From: Bacteroidota bacterium
GTDB lineage: Bacteria; Bacteroidota; Bacteroidia; Flavobacteriales; Flavobacteriaceae
Reading direction: 5' to 3'
Assembly (NCBI GenBank): GCA_949487855.1
Contig: CATAMV010000035.1
Coordinates: 1-56,146, forward strand
DNA: 56,146 bases
In this document: positions 1 through 9,504 of the stretch, in pieces
How the letters are laid out: each line of letters opens with the position of its first letter
How positions within the stretch are numbered: position 1 is the stretch's first letter
Notes under the pieces: model-generated
Told to the model about the DNA's origin: nothing
The model's database searches: none
The model's input: the letters and a program-made list of their open reading frames with translations, nothing else
Program-made: the position numbers and the translations under genes

Positions 1-126
1 CATGTCGTGATCTAGAAGGTCGGCCATCAGTTCACCGCTTTTTTTAAGCAGGCTGTTCTTTTTGTTCCCTGTGGTGGAGCTTGCTGCAGCTACCGTTTTT
101 TGCAACGCACGAAGTTTGGCAAAGGT
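1..126 (-). pseudogene. In-frame 3' continuation of the ORF6N reading frame downstream of the TAA at 127-129; open to the window edge
   Basis: Translating the minus strand in the same frame as ORF 127..459 gives 42 further sense codons (TFAKLRALQKTVAAASSTTGNKKNSLLKKSGELMADLLDHDM) with no stop before position 1. Confidence 0.45.
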
Positions 127-459
127 TTAGATAATCAAAAAGGTGGTTTCTGTCGCTTGTTTACTTTTTAAAATGGTGGCCAACATATAAAGTCCTTTTT
201 CGGTAAAAGCTTTGGGAGGAACCCTTGTTTTCGAAAAGTCTGTGGTCGAAATTTTCGACCGCAAAACACTCCACTCTTTTGTTGTCAGTGCTATCATATA
301 TCCTGCTGGAAATTTATCTGGATTGTTTTTTACGGCCTCATTGATGCGCTTGGTTTGCACTCCATACAGTGTAGCTACATCACGGTCAATAAGCACTTGT
401 TGACTTTTAATAGAAATTAGCTTTGCTTCAATGTTTTGTGTAGATAATAGGTTGTTCAT
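127..459 (-). CDS. ORF6N (KilA-N-like DNA-binding) domain protein, ending at a premature-looking in-frame TAA
   Basis: 110-aa ORF with ATG verified at 457-459. The translation (LIDRDVATLYGV.TKRINEAVKNN..KFP..YMIALT..E, TEKGLYMLATILKS) matches the ORF6N family pattern as I recall it. The stop falls inside the helix that normally continues (...FLII*TFAKLR). Confidence 0.7.
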   Translation of the reverse strand: MNNLLSTQNIEAKLISIKSQQVLIDRDVATLYGVQTKRINEAVKNNPDKFPAGYMIALTTKEWSVLRSKISTTDFSKTRVPPKAFTEKGLYMLATILKSKQATETTFLII

Positions 460-678
460 AATAATAGTTTTTGGGAGCTTAAATTCACAAAATATTATAA
501 CCTCTTAATTACTTAACTATCGCCTGTAAACTATTATCTATTAACCCTGTTTACTCTCACCGTTTCGCTCAGGTGATAGGTCACATAGTTCTCGATACAA
601 TCTGACACCGTCAGATTACTCGAACTGACATCTTGCCTACTTGACTATTGCCTAATTTTCTATCACTATCTTTACCCC

Positions 679-1353
679 ATGCGGATAGATATCATTAGCG
701 TTGTTCCTGATTTGATGCAAAGCCCTTTTGAAGGCTCAATTATGAAACGCGCACAAGATGCAGGCTTGGTAGAAGTACATTTCCATAACTTACGTGACTA
801 TACCACGAATAACTACAAACAAGTTGATGATTATCCCTATGGTGGAGGCGCAGGAATGGTACTCATGATTGCCCCCATTGATAAGTGCATTAGCGCATTA
901 AAAGCAGAGCGGGATTACGAGGCAGTCATCTACATGACTCCAGATGGTGATGTACTCAATCAAGGAACAGCAAACCAGCTTTCACTATTGAAAAATATCA
1001 TCGTGCTTTGCGGACATTATAAAGGAGTTGACCAACGGGTTCGGGATTTGTTTGTTACCCACGAAATCTCAATTGGTGATTATGTCCTTTCTGGGGGCGA
1101 ATTAGCCGCTGCTGTACTTTGCGATAGTATTATTCGGTTGATACCGGGGGTATTGGGCGACGAAACCTCAGCCCTAACAGACTCATTTCAAGATGGGCTA
1201 TTAGCACCCCCTGTTTACACCCGGCCAGCAGACTATAACGGACACAAAGTACCTGGAATACTTACCTCGGGAAACACTCCAAAAGTGGATGCGTGGCGCG
1301 AAGACAGAGCGCTGGAAATTACCAAAAAAAAACGCCCTGATTTGCTTAAATAA
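679..1353 (+). CDS. trmD: tRNA (guanine37-N1)-methyltransferase
   Basis: 224 aa, ATG verified at 679. TrmD/SPOUT hallmarks are present: [43 protein letters not shown]. Confidence 0.95.
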   Translation: MRIDIISVVPDLMQSPFEGSIMKRAQDAGLVEVHFHNLRDYTTNNYKQVDDYPYGGGAGMVLMIAPIDKCISALKAERDYEAVIYMTPDGDVLNQGTANQLSLLKNIIVLCGHYKGVDQRVRDLFVTHEISIGDYVLSGGELAAAVLCDSIIRLIPGVLGDETSALTDSFQDGLLAPPVYTRPADYNGHKVPGILTSGNTPKVDAWREDRALEITKKKRPDLLK

Positions 1354-1363
1354 ATTGATACAC

Positions 1364-2212
1364 TTAAATGAAAGGTTTCTTTAATACCAATAAACTCGCC
1401 AAAAGCCACAGAACAGGAATCGATTCAACCCAGAATGAAGTAAACATGGGTGATTGCTTTTTCGGAGTGCTGTAGAGTGTAATTCCCATAAGTAATAACA
1501 TCCCCCACTCTACATAAAGCAACACAGCTACTGCAACCGTTTTAAAAGCCAAAAATGCAGTAAATCCAATTAATATACATCCCAATAGCTTTACGCCATT
1601 TACACCTAAAAGTTGTGGCAACGTTTTCAAGAACTTCTCGTCTTTCTGCATGTCACGAAGCTCAAAAGGGAGGATCAAGCAAATCATCCACAACATTGCT
1701 TTTATTGAAACCAAGACAAATAGGATTTTCGGCAATGCCGTTAGAGATACCATAGCCAACACTGTCCAACAAAGCGCAACAACAAAAACTTTTATTGTTG
1801 GTACAAAGCGCAGACCCATTTTTGCGCCAAAAGGAAGCGCATAACAAAACGTTAACACACCAACAAACCCAAAGGCAACCCAAATAAAAAAGGGTTGTGA
1901 AATCAATCCATAAAATCCCAAAATTACAGCAATTAGTAACGGAGTTAACTTTATGAAACTTAACGATTGCTGCTGATAAAATACGGGTACATAATCTTTT
2001 AGGTATTGATACCCCGCCCAACCAAAACCGAAAATAGCACACTGAAGCGCAAAGGAAAATGAGATGCTTTGCTGCAAGGCAAAAACACGGCAAAATGCCC
2101 AGAGTGCAAGAGCAACATGAAAATTAGATGACGTATAGCGTTGAAGCAATTTCCCGATGTGAGCCACAAAAATACCAAATGTGTTGATAACATGCCGTTT
2201 TGTGGTTAACAA
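1364..2212 (-). CDS. Polytopic inner-membrane protein of unknown function (possibly a degenerate UbiA-prenyltransferase-like fold)
   Basis: 282-codon ORF with about 8 hydrophobic segments. There is no in-frame ATG near the 5' end. The first codon at 2212-2210 is TTG, and alternative starts are GTG at 2167 and TTG at 2149. The ELRDMQKDEK loop resembles the second Asp-rich loop of UbiA-type enzymes, but no first NxxxDxxxD motif is visible. Confidence 0.55.
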   Translation of the reverse strand: MLTTKRHVINTFGIFVAHIGKLLQRYTSSNFHVALALWAFCRVFALQQSISFSFALQCAIFGFGWAGYQYLKDYVPVFYQQQSLSFIKLTPLLIAVILGFYGLISQPFFIWVAFGFVGVLTFCYALPFGAKMGLRFVPTIKVFVVALCWTVLAMVSLTALPKILFVLVSIKAMLWMICLILPFELRDMQKDEKFLKTLPQLLGVNGVKLLGCILIGFTAFLAFKTVAVAVLLYVEWGMLLLMGITLYSTPKKQSPMFTSFWVESIPVLWLLASLLVLKKPFI

Positions 2213-2261
2213 CTTTAGCGTGAAATGATTAGGTTCTATTTTAAGATATTGTGCAAAAAAT

Positions 2262-2269
2262 TAACTTTG
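2262..2269 (+). promoter_or_regulatory. Candidate Bacteroidetes -7 promoter box (TAACTTTG) for gcvP
   Basis: Exact match to TAnnTTTG, ending 22 nt upstream of the gcvP ATG. No well-spaced -33 TTG is visible. Confidence 0.3.
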
Positions 2270-2291
2270 AATTTAACTTTATGGTAACACT

Positions 2292-5162
2292 ATGAATACA
2301 CGAGGTTTTGTTTTTAGACACGTTGGCCCAAATACTGATGAGATTGATTCAATGCTTTCTGAAATTAATGCTTCATCTGTTGATGCATTAGTAGCTGAAA
2401 CGGTAACAGAGGCAATACGTTTAACAAAACCGATTTCACTACCAGATGCCATAAGTGAGTATGAATTTTCAAATCATATTTCGGCATTAGGAAAACAGAA
2501 TAGCGTCTTTTCCTCATTAATTGGTTTGGGTTATCACGAGGCCATTTTACCTGGTGTAATTCAGCGAAATGTTCTGGAAAATCCAGGATGGTACACTGCA
2601 TACACCCCGTATCAGGCTGAAATCGCACAAGGCAGAATGGAGGCTTTGTTAAATTTTCAAACCATGGTAACAGACCTTACAGGAATGGAATTGGCAAATG
2701 CATCGCTTCTTGATGAATCTACGGCAGCTGCCGAGGCAATGAACTTGTTGTTTGGGCAACGTACAAGAATGCAAAAAAAGAACAATGCTTCGTTATTTTT
2801 TGTAGACGAAAACACCCTACCACAAACCAAGTCTGTATTAGAAACACGCGCAAACCCTATTGGAATTACATTAATTTACGGGCCTCCTGAAAGTTTTATT
2901 CCTTCAAATGAATATTTTGGTGCCTTGATTCAATATCCAGGTGCAAAAGGTACCATTACAGATTTAAAATCCTTTATAGATACAGCAAAAGAAGCTGAAA
3001 TAAAAACTGCAGTAGCTGCAGATATCATGAGCTTAGTGCTTTTAGAAGCACCTGGAACGCTTGGCGCTGATGTTGTTGTAGGAAGTACACAGCGGTTTGG
3101 TATTCCACTTGGCTACGGAGGACCACATGCCGCCTATTTTGCTACCAAAACCGACTATAAACGAAGTATTCCCGGGAGAATTATTGGCGTAACTCAAGAC
3201 AGCGTTGGAAATCGTGCGTTGCGAATGGCATTGCAAACCCGAGAACAACACATCAAAAGAGACAGGGCAACGTCAAATATTTGTACCGCACAAGTATTGT
3301 TGGCCGTTATGGCGGGAATGTATGCTGTATATCACGGCCCAAAAGGGTTAAAACATATTGCATCGAGAATACATGAAAATACCTGTAAACTAAATACTGC
3401 GTTAAGTAGTTTGGGCATCAAACAAAAAAACAAAGTGTTCTTTGATACGCTTTGGATTGAAACACCCGAAAAAAATATTCGCCCATTAGCTGAACTGGCG
3501 GGTATAAACCTGCATTATATCAACGAAAACGAATTGACGCTTTCAATTAATGAGGCAACAGATTCTAAACAGATTGAAACATTAATTCAGATTTTCACAC
3601 AAGCTAACCAAGCAACGCCAGTTAAAGCGGTTGAAGTCCATGGAAATTGCTTACCAGATTGTCACAGACGCACCACAAAATTTTTGACCCACGAGGTATT
3701 TCAACGCTATCATGCGGAAACCAGTATGATGCGTTATATCAAATCGTTGGAGCGTAAAGATTTGGCATTAAATCATTCCATGATTGCGTTGGGCTCATGT
3801 ACCATGAAACTGAATGCTGCCACCGAAATGTTTGCGCTAAGCGATCCACAATGGAATAATATTCACCCATTTGCTCCTTTAAATCAAGTGAAAGGCTATT
3901 CACGAATACTGCATGACCTTGCAGGTTATCTAACTGAAATCACAGGGTTTGGAGGCACATCATTGCAACCCAACTCTGGTGCACAAGGTGAATTTGCAGG
4001 ACTTATGGTGATTCGAGCGTATCATCAGTCAAACAACAATTCGAACAGAAACATTTGCCTAATTCCAGCATCGGCACATGGTACAAATCCTGCATCTGCG
4101 GTTATGGCAGGCATGCAAGTTGTCGTGGTAGGAACAGATGAGCGTGGTAACATTGACCTTGTGGATTTAAAAGAAAAAGCGGACACGCATTCTGAAAATT
4201 TAGCGGCATTGATGATTACGTACCCATCTACACATGGTGTTTTTGAATCAGCTATTAAAGAAATTACAGATTATATACACCGTAAAGGAGGTCAAATTTA
4301 TATGGACGGCGCAAACATGAATGCGCAAGTCGGGCTTACAAACCCTGCCGCTATTGGCGCTGACGTTTGTCATTTAAACCTTCACAAAACCTTTGCCATC
4401 CCACACGGAGGCGGTGGTCCTGGTGTTGGGCCAATTTGTGTTGCCGAACATCTTGTCCCGTTTTTACCAAGCCACGCTATTGTTTCCACAAGTGGTAAAC
4501 AAGGTATTTCTGCGCTTTCTGCTGCCCCTTTTGGCTCTGCATTAGCGTGTTTAATTTCATATGCCTATATCCGATTATTGGGAGCAGAAGGACTCACAAA
4601 GTCTACCAAAATTGCCATTCTAAACGCAAACTACATTAAAGAACGTATTGCAAAACATTACCCGGTACTGTATAGTGGAGATAACAACAGAGCAGCACAT
4701 GAATTTATCATTGATTGTCGTGCCTTTAAAGAAAAGGGTATTGAAGTAATGGATATTGCCAAGAGGCTCATTGATTATGGCTTTCATGCGCCCACAGTGT
4801 CTTTTCCTGTAGCAGGAACCATGATGATTGAACCAACAGAAAGTGAAAATTTAGAAGAGTTGGACCGTTTTTGTGAGGCACTTATTTCCATTCGCTATGA
4901 AATTGAAGCAAGTGATGCAACCCAAGAAAACAACATGCTTCGAAATGCACCGCATACTTTAGCTCTGCTTACAGCACACGAGTGGAAACTTCCTTACACT
5001 AGAGATGAAGCTGCATACCCGTTACAATTTGTGCGTGAAAATAAATTTTGGGCTAGCGTTCAACGGGTTGACGAAGCCTTTGGCGATCGAAACTTGGTGT
5101 GTACATGTGCGCCTATTGAATCGTATTCCAATACACAAGTAGCGCAGACGAACAACCAATAA
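2292..5162 (+). CDS. gcvP: Glycine dehydrogenase (decarboxylating), single-chain P-protein of the glycine cleavage system
   Basis: 956 aa, ATG verified. Full-length P-protein pattern including the PLP-lysine region HLNLHKTFAIPHGGGGPGVGP. Confidence 0.97.
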   Translation: MNTRGFVFRHVGPNTDEIDSMLSEINASSVDALVAETVTEAIRLTKPISLPDAISEYEFSNHISALGKQNSVFSSLIGLGYHEAILPGVIQRNVLENPGWYTAYTPYQAEIAQGRMEALLNFQTMVTDLTGMELANASLLDESTAAAEAMNLLFGQRTRMQKKNNASLFFVDENTLPQTKSVLETRANPIGITLIYGPPESFIPSNEYFGALIQYPGAKGTITDLKSFIDTAKEAEIKTAVAADIMSLVLLEAPGTLGADVVVGSTQRFGIPLGYGGPHAAYFATKTDYKRSIPGRIIGVTQDSVGNRALRMALQTREQHIKRDRATSNICTAQVLLAVMAGMYAVYHGPKGLKHIASRIHENTCKLNTALSSLGIKQKNKVFFDTLWIETPEKNIRPLAELAGINLHYINENELTLSINEATDSKQIETLIQIFTQANQATPVKAVEVHGNCLPDCHRRTTKFLTHEVFQRYHAETSMMRYIKSLERKDLALNHSMIALGSCTMKLNAATEMFALSDPQWNNIHPFAPLNQVKGYSRILHDLAGYLTEITGFGGTSLQPNSGAQGEFAGLMVIRAYHQSNNNSNRNICLIPASAHGTNPASAVMAGMQVVVVGTDERGNIDLVDLKEKADTHSENLAALMITYPSTHGVFESAIKEITDYIHRKGGQIYMDGANMNAQVGLTNPAAIGADVCHLNLHKTFAIPHGGGGPGVGPICVAEHLVPFLPSHAIVSTSGKQGISALSAAPFGSALACLISYAYIRLLGAEGLTKSTKIAILNANYIKERIAKHYPVLYSGDNNRAAHEFIIDCRAFKEKGIEVMDIAKRLIDYGFHAPTVSFPVAGTMMIEPTESENLEELDRFCEALISIRYEIEASDATQENNMLRNAPHTLALLTAHEWKLPYTRDEAAYPLQFVRENKFWASVQRVDEAFGDRNLVCTCAPIESYSNTQVAQTNNQ

Positions 5163-5233
5163 GGGAACAGCTAAAAATTATTTTTATCTTTGAACCATAG
5201 TCTTAAAACTATTTGTTAACCTAACTAAACCCA

Positions 5234-6292
5234 ATGGGAATTCACATCACTGGCGTTGGGAGCTATATTCCTACTCACACCGAACGAAACGAGGATTTTA
5301 TCAACCATTCTTTTTTGGATACAGATGGTAGTCCATTCAAAAATGAAAATGGCGATATTATTGAAAAGTTCAAAGCCATTACGGGCATTGAAGAACGCCG
5401 TTATGCAAAACCACACCAATCGACCTCAGACCTTGCTTTTTTGGCTGCCGAAAGAGCAATTGAAGATGCTGCATTAGATCCCGAAACGCTGGATTACATT
5501 ATTGTGGCGCATAATTTTGGTGATATTCAACATGGGTGCATCCAAACCGAAATGTTGCCCTCGCTAGCCACGCGAGTAAAACATCAATTACAGATTAAAA
5601 ATCCCAATTGCGTAGCCTATGATGTTATTTTTGGTTGTCCAGGTTGGGTTGAAGGTGTGATTCAAGCGCAAGCATTTATCAAAGCTGGAATGGCAAAAAA
5701 ATGCATGGTAATTGGCGCAGACACACTGTCAAGAATTGTTGATACTAGCGACAGGGACTCCATGATTTTTGCTGATGGTGCAGGTGCTACTGTAATAGAA
5801 GAAACTGAAAGAGAAGGTGGGATTTTAAGCCATTGCACACAAACCTTTAGTAACGGAGAAGCTTTTTATATTTATTCTGCAAAATCATATGAAGCAGATG
5901 CTGAACCAACCGACAAATACATTAAAATGCACGGTCGTAAAGTATACGAATTTGCTATCAGCCATGTGCCACAAGCCTTAAAAGAATGTTTAGACAAAAG
6001 CGGGGAAGAAATTAGCACATTGTCAAAAGTATTCTTACATCAAGCCAATGAAAAAATGGACGAGGCCATTGTAAAGCGGTTTTATAGACTTTATCGACAT
6101 CCACAACCCGAAAACATATTACCAATAAGTATTCATAAACTAGGAAATAGCTCTGTGGCAACTGTACCAACACTTTTAGATTTGGTAAAGCGTAACCAAA
6201 TGGAAAATCATACAGTTCAGGAAGGGGATGTTGTGCTATTTGCCAGCGTTGGCGCAGGAATGAACATCAATGCGTTTTCCTACAAGTTTTAA
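5234..6292 (+). CDS. 3-oxoacyl-ACP synthase III family protein (divergent FabH paralogue)
   Basis: 352 aa with a thiolase-fold KAS III pattern: Cys in VIFGCPGW, LHQANEKM (His) and LGNSSVATVP (Asn). It differs from the canonical fabH at 43671..44678. Confidence 0.85.
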   Translation: MGIHITGVGSYIPTHTERNEDFINHSFLDTDGSPFKNENGDIIEKFKAITGIEERRYAKPHQSTSDLAFLAAERAIEDAALDPETLDYIIVAHNFGDIQHGCIQTEMLPSLATRVKHQLQIKNPNCVAYDVIFGCPGWVEGVIQAQAFIKAGMAKKCMVIGADTLSRIVDTSDRDSMIFADGAGATVIEETEREGGILSHCTQTFSNGEAFYIYSAKSYEADAEPTDKYIKMHGRKVYEFAISHVPQALKECLDKSGEEISTLSKVFLHQANEKMDEAIVKRFYRLYRHPQPENILPISIHKLGNSSVATVPTLLDLVKRNQMENHTVQEGDVVLFASVGAGMNINAFSYKF

Positions 6293-6294
6293 TC

Positions 6295-7932
6295 TTATTT
6301 AAGGGCTTCTTTAATTGGGTTTCCAATTGTTCCCGTGGGGTTGCTAACCCCCAAAATAGCACAAATTGTAGGTGCAATATCTGTGATGTTTGTACGCTCA
6401 AAAGTGTGTCCTTTTCTAACACCTTCTCCAAATAACATGAGTGGAACATGTGTATCATAAACATATGCCGAACCGTGTGTAGTTCCTTTTTTGCCATATT
6501 TCCCATTATCCATAAATCCTGGTTCTAAAACAAACATAACATCACCAGAGCGCTTTGGATGAAAGCCACGTTGCAAACGTTCGATAATTGCGTTGCTTTT
6601 ATTCATTTTCATTAGCTCACTTGTATCATAAGCAACAGCAATGCCCTCACAAGATGTAACAAATGAAGTTACAACTGATTTGATTTGAGTTATATCTAAG
6701 CCCTTAGCAGCTATTTCTTCGTAGTTCAAATGAACTTCATTATTCGACACGTTACGAATCAAATTATCTGATTTAAAATAGTCTTTGGTGTGTTTTTTCA
6801 ATTTCTTCACAAAATCCTTTTTCTTAAAGTATCCTGCAGGAATATTGTTGTCCATCAAATAAAGTGGAATATGCGCAACGCCATGGTCTGAGGTTAAAAA
6901 AACGGTATAATTTCCTTTGCCCACCTGCTTATCAAGTGCAGCAAACAAACGCGCCAAGTCCAAATCTAGCCGAATATAAGTGTCTTGCACCTCTTTCGAA
7001 TTTACACCAAAAGCATGCCCAACATAATCGGTAGAAGAGTAACTAATCATCAAAACATCTGCATCGTCATCAGTGCCAAGAGCTTCGCCCTGTATGGCCG
7101 CTAAGGCAAAATCTGTGGTTAAACTGTTGCCAAAGGGTGTTTCTTTTATAATATCATATCCGTCATTTTTTGAAGCTAATTCTTCTAAATCATAAGGAAA
7201 TGTAGGTGTTTCTTTTCCTGGTGCTATGCGCTCGTAGGGGGTATTGTCCGGGCCTGTTTCGATATAGGAATCTATGGGATAATAGCTATCCCATGTGGTC
7301 AAATACTTGTCAATGCCTCTGCTCGCATTAAAATCTGCTGCCCATTTTGGCAACGCATCCATGTAAAAAGTACTGCTCACAAATTTGCCGTCTTCCTCTC
7401 CTGAAAACCAATAAGCACCATTTGCCGCATGCCCAATAGAAAGAATAGCAGCCCGGTCTTTGATGGAAATCCCAATGGCTTTACTACGAGATTGTGTTGC
7501 CAACCTATTTTCGTCTGAAAACGTAGATACCAAAAGCTGTGTTGGTGCTTTTTCACCCTTTGTGGTTGTGGTCCCTATACTTTTATACAAGGGGTCGTCT
7601 ACACAATACTGCCTTTTACCTTTGGTTTTATTAAACCATTCATTGGCAATTATTCCGTGAATTGCGGGTGGGGTTCCGGTAGAAATACTCGCATGCCCAG
7701 GTCCCGTTTTCGTTTGTGCATAATCAAAGTGATGGTTTTTGGCTACAAAACCCTGATTGTAAAACCGTCTAAACCCATCATTACCATAGTGATGCTTAAA
7801 TCGAGTCAAGTAGTCCATACGCATTTGGTCCACTACAATGCCAACAACAAGTTTGGGCTCTGAAGGTTGAATTGATGTGCTACAGCCCATTAAAGCCAAT
7901 AAAGGTAACAGAACAAAATATTTTGGGATCAT
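6295..7932 (-). CDS. pafA: PafA-like alkaline phosphatase (nucleotide pyrophosphatase/phosphodiesterase superfamily), lipoprotein
   Basis: 545 aa with lipobox LLALMGC. The blocks KLVVGIVVDQMR, STDYVGHAFG, KGNYTVFLTSDHG and GTTHGS resemble the flavobacterial PafA phosphatase as I recall its sequence. Confidence 0.75.
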   Translation of the reverse strand: MIPKYFVLLPLLALMGCSTSIQPSEPKLVVGIVVDQMRMDYLTRFKHHYGNDGFRRFYNQGFVAKNHHFDYAQTKTGPGHASISTGTPPAIHGIIANEWFNKTKGKRQYCVDDPLYKSIGTTTTKGEKAPTQLLVSTFSDENRLATQSRSKAIGISIKDRAAILSIGHAANGAYWFSGEEDGKFVSSTFYMDALPKWAADFNASRGIDKYLTTWDSYYPIDSYIETGPDNTPYERIAPGKETPTFPYDLEELASKNDGYDIIKETPFGNSLTTDFALAAIQGEALGTDDDADVLMISYSSTDYVGHAFGVNSKEVQDTYIRLDLDLARLFAALDKQVGKGNYTVFLTSDHGVAHIPLYLMDNNIPAGYFKKKDFVKKLKKHTKDYFKSDNLIRNVSNNEVHLNYEEIAAKGLDITQIKSVVTSFVTSCEGIAVAYDTSELMKMNKSNAIIERLQRGFHPKRSGDVMFVLEPGFMDNGKYGKKGTTHGSAYVYDTHVPLMLFGEGVRKGHTFERTNITDIAPTICAILGVSNPTGTIGNPIKEALK

Positions 7933-8010
7933 AATTTAAAATTTTCACAAATGTATTTTTTTATGATTGTTCTGATATTATAGTAACATTATTTTTTTAA
8001 ATTCGTTTGC

Positions 8011-8748
8011 ATGAAACTTCTACATCACGTTGGCGCTTATTTACTAATGCTTAGAATGGTTTTTATAAAACCTACAAAAGCAAAAGTGATGCGAAAACTC
8101 ATATTTCAAGACATCCAGGACCTCATCATTGGTTCTTTAGGTATTGTAGGTTTCCTGTCCTTTTTTGTGGGAGGTGTGGTTTCCATCCAAACAGCACTTA
8201 ATATCGAAAGTCCGTTAATACCCAAAAATCTTGTTGGCTTTGCTACAAGGCAATCTGTAATTCTTGAATTTGCGCCCACATTTATGTGTATTATTTTAGC
8301 TGGAAAAGTAGGTTCATATATTACCTCAAGTATTGGAACCATGCGCGTAACGGAACAGATAGATGCGCTTGAAGTAATGGGGATTAACTCGGTAAACTAT
8401 TTAGTTTTCCCAAAAATCATTGCCATGTTATTACTTCCTTTTGTAATAAATATCTCTATGTTTTTGGGTATCCTGGGTGGTTATGCCGCAACTCTATATG
8501 GTGGTTTTTCAAGTAGTGCAGACTTTATTGAAGGAATTCAATTGGATTTCAGGCCTTTTCATGTAATATACGCATTTATCAAAACACTCATTTTTGCGAT
8601 GGTATTAGCTACGATTCCATCCTATCACGGATATTTTATGAAGGGTGGCGCGTTGGAAGTTGGTAAAGCGGCTACCGTGGCTTTTGTTTGGACATCTGTT
8701 ATGATTATTGTATTGAATTATATTGTAACTCAACTCCTACTTGCCTGA
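8011..8748 (+). CDS. mlaE: MlaE/YrbE-family ABC transporter permease
   Basis: 245 aa, multi-TM, with the conserved EQIDALEVMGI block. Its stop overlaps the next gene's ATG (TGATG). Confidence 0.8.
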   Translation: MKLLHHVGAYLLMLRMVFIKPTKAKVMRKLIFQDIQDLIIGSLGIVGFLSFFVGGVVSIQTALNIESPLIPKNLVGFATRQSVILEFAPTFMCIILAGKVGSYITSSIGTMRVTEQIDALEVMGINSVNYLVFPKIIAMLLLPFVINISMFLGILGGYAATLYGGFSSSADFIEGIQLDFRPFHVIYAFIKTLIFAMVLATIPSYHGYFMKGGALEVGKAATVAFVWTSVMIIVLNYIVTQLLLA

Positions 8749-9503
8749 TGATTGAACTCCGCGACATAACAAAATCTTTTGCTGGAAAAGAGGTGTTGAA
8801 AGGCATAAGCATGACTTTCGAGCCAGGTAAAACCAATCTGATTATTGGACAGAGTGGATCTGGGAAAACAGTTTTACTAAAATGTTTGTTGGGATTACAC
8901 CAAACCGATGGCGGATCGATGCTTTTTAGCGATCAAGCATATAACGAAATGAACGAAGACGCAAGAAGAACACTACGGCGTGAAATGGGAATGGTTTTTC
9001 AGGGAAGTGCCCTTTTTGATTCCATGACCGTTTTGGAAAACGTTATGTTTCCTATGCAAATGCTTACCAAGCAAAGCTACACAGCCATACGAAAAGCTGC
9101 AGAAGAAGTTATTGAGCGTGTAAATTTAATTGATGCACATCATAAACTACCAGCCGAATTATCGGGCGGCATGCAAAAACGAGTTGCTATTGCACGCGCC
9201 GTTGTAATGAAGCCTAAATACCTTTTTTGTGATGAGCCAAACTCGGGATTAGACCCTAAAACAGCTATTGTGATAGATAATCTTATTCGAAAAATTACGC
9301 AAGAAAACAACATTACAACAGTGATTAATTCGCACGACATGAATTCTGTTATGGAAATTGGCGACAGCATTTTGTTTTTAAAAGATGGTGTAAAAGCCTG
9401 GGAAGGCAGCAAAGAACTTGTTTTCAAAACAGATAACGAAGCCATAAATGACTTTGTGTATTCTTCAAATTTGATGAAAAAAGTAAAAGAAGTATATCAA
9501 TAA
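8748..9503 (+). CDS. mlaF: ABC transporter ATP-binding protein (MlaF-like)
   Basis: Walker A GQSGSGKT, signature LSGGMQKRVAIARA, Walker B YLFCDEPNSGLD. I set the start to the ATG at 8748 (MIELRDITKSF); the track's 8688 start would add 20 codons overlapping mlaE. Confidence 0.9.
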   Translation: MIELRDITKSFAGKEVLKGISMTFEPGKTNLIIGQSGSGKTVLLKCLLGLHQTDGGSMLFSDQAYNEMNEDARRTLRREMGMVFQGSALFDSMTVLENVMFPMQMLTKQSYTAIRKAAEEVIERVNLIDAHHKLPAELSGGMQKRVAIARAVVMKPKYLFCDEPNSGLDPKTAIVIDNLIRKITQENNITTVINSHDMNSVMEIGDSILFLKDGVKAWEGSKELVFKTDNEAINDFVYSSNLMKKVKEVYQ

Positions 9504-9504
9504 T

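Noticed and set aside
1662-2093. A 143-aa minus-strand ORF in an alternative frame of the membrane-protein gene.
   Set aside because: It is completely nested in the longer 282-codon frame. It is Cys/Phe-rich with no membrane-helix periodicity. The longer frame gives coherent TM segments.
2213-2291. A possible glycine riboswitch upstream of gcvP.
   Set aside because: The spacer is only 79 nt and AT-rich. I saw no GGAGAG...CACCG-type conserved core and no terminator or sequestering helix.
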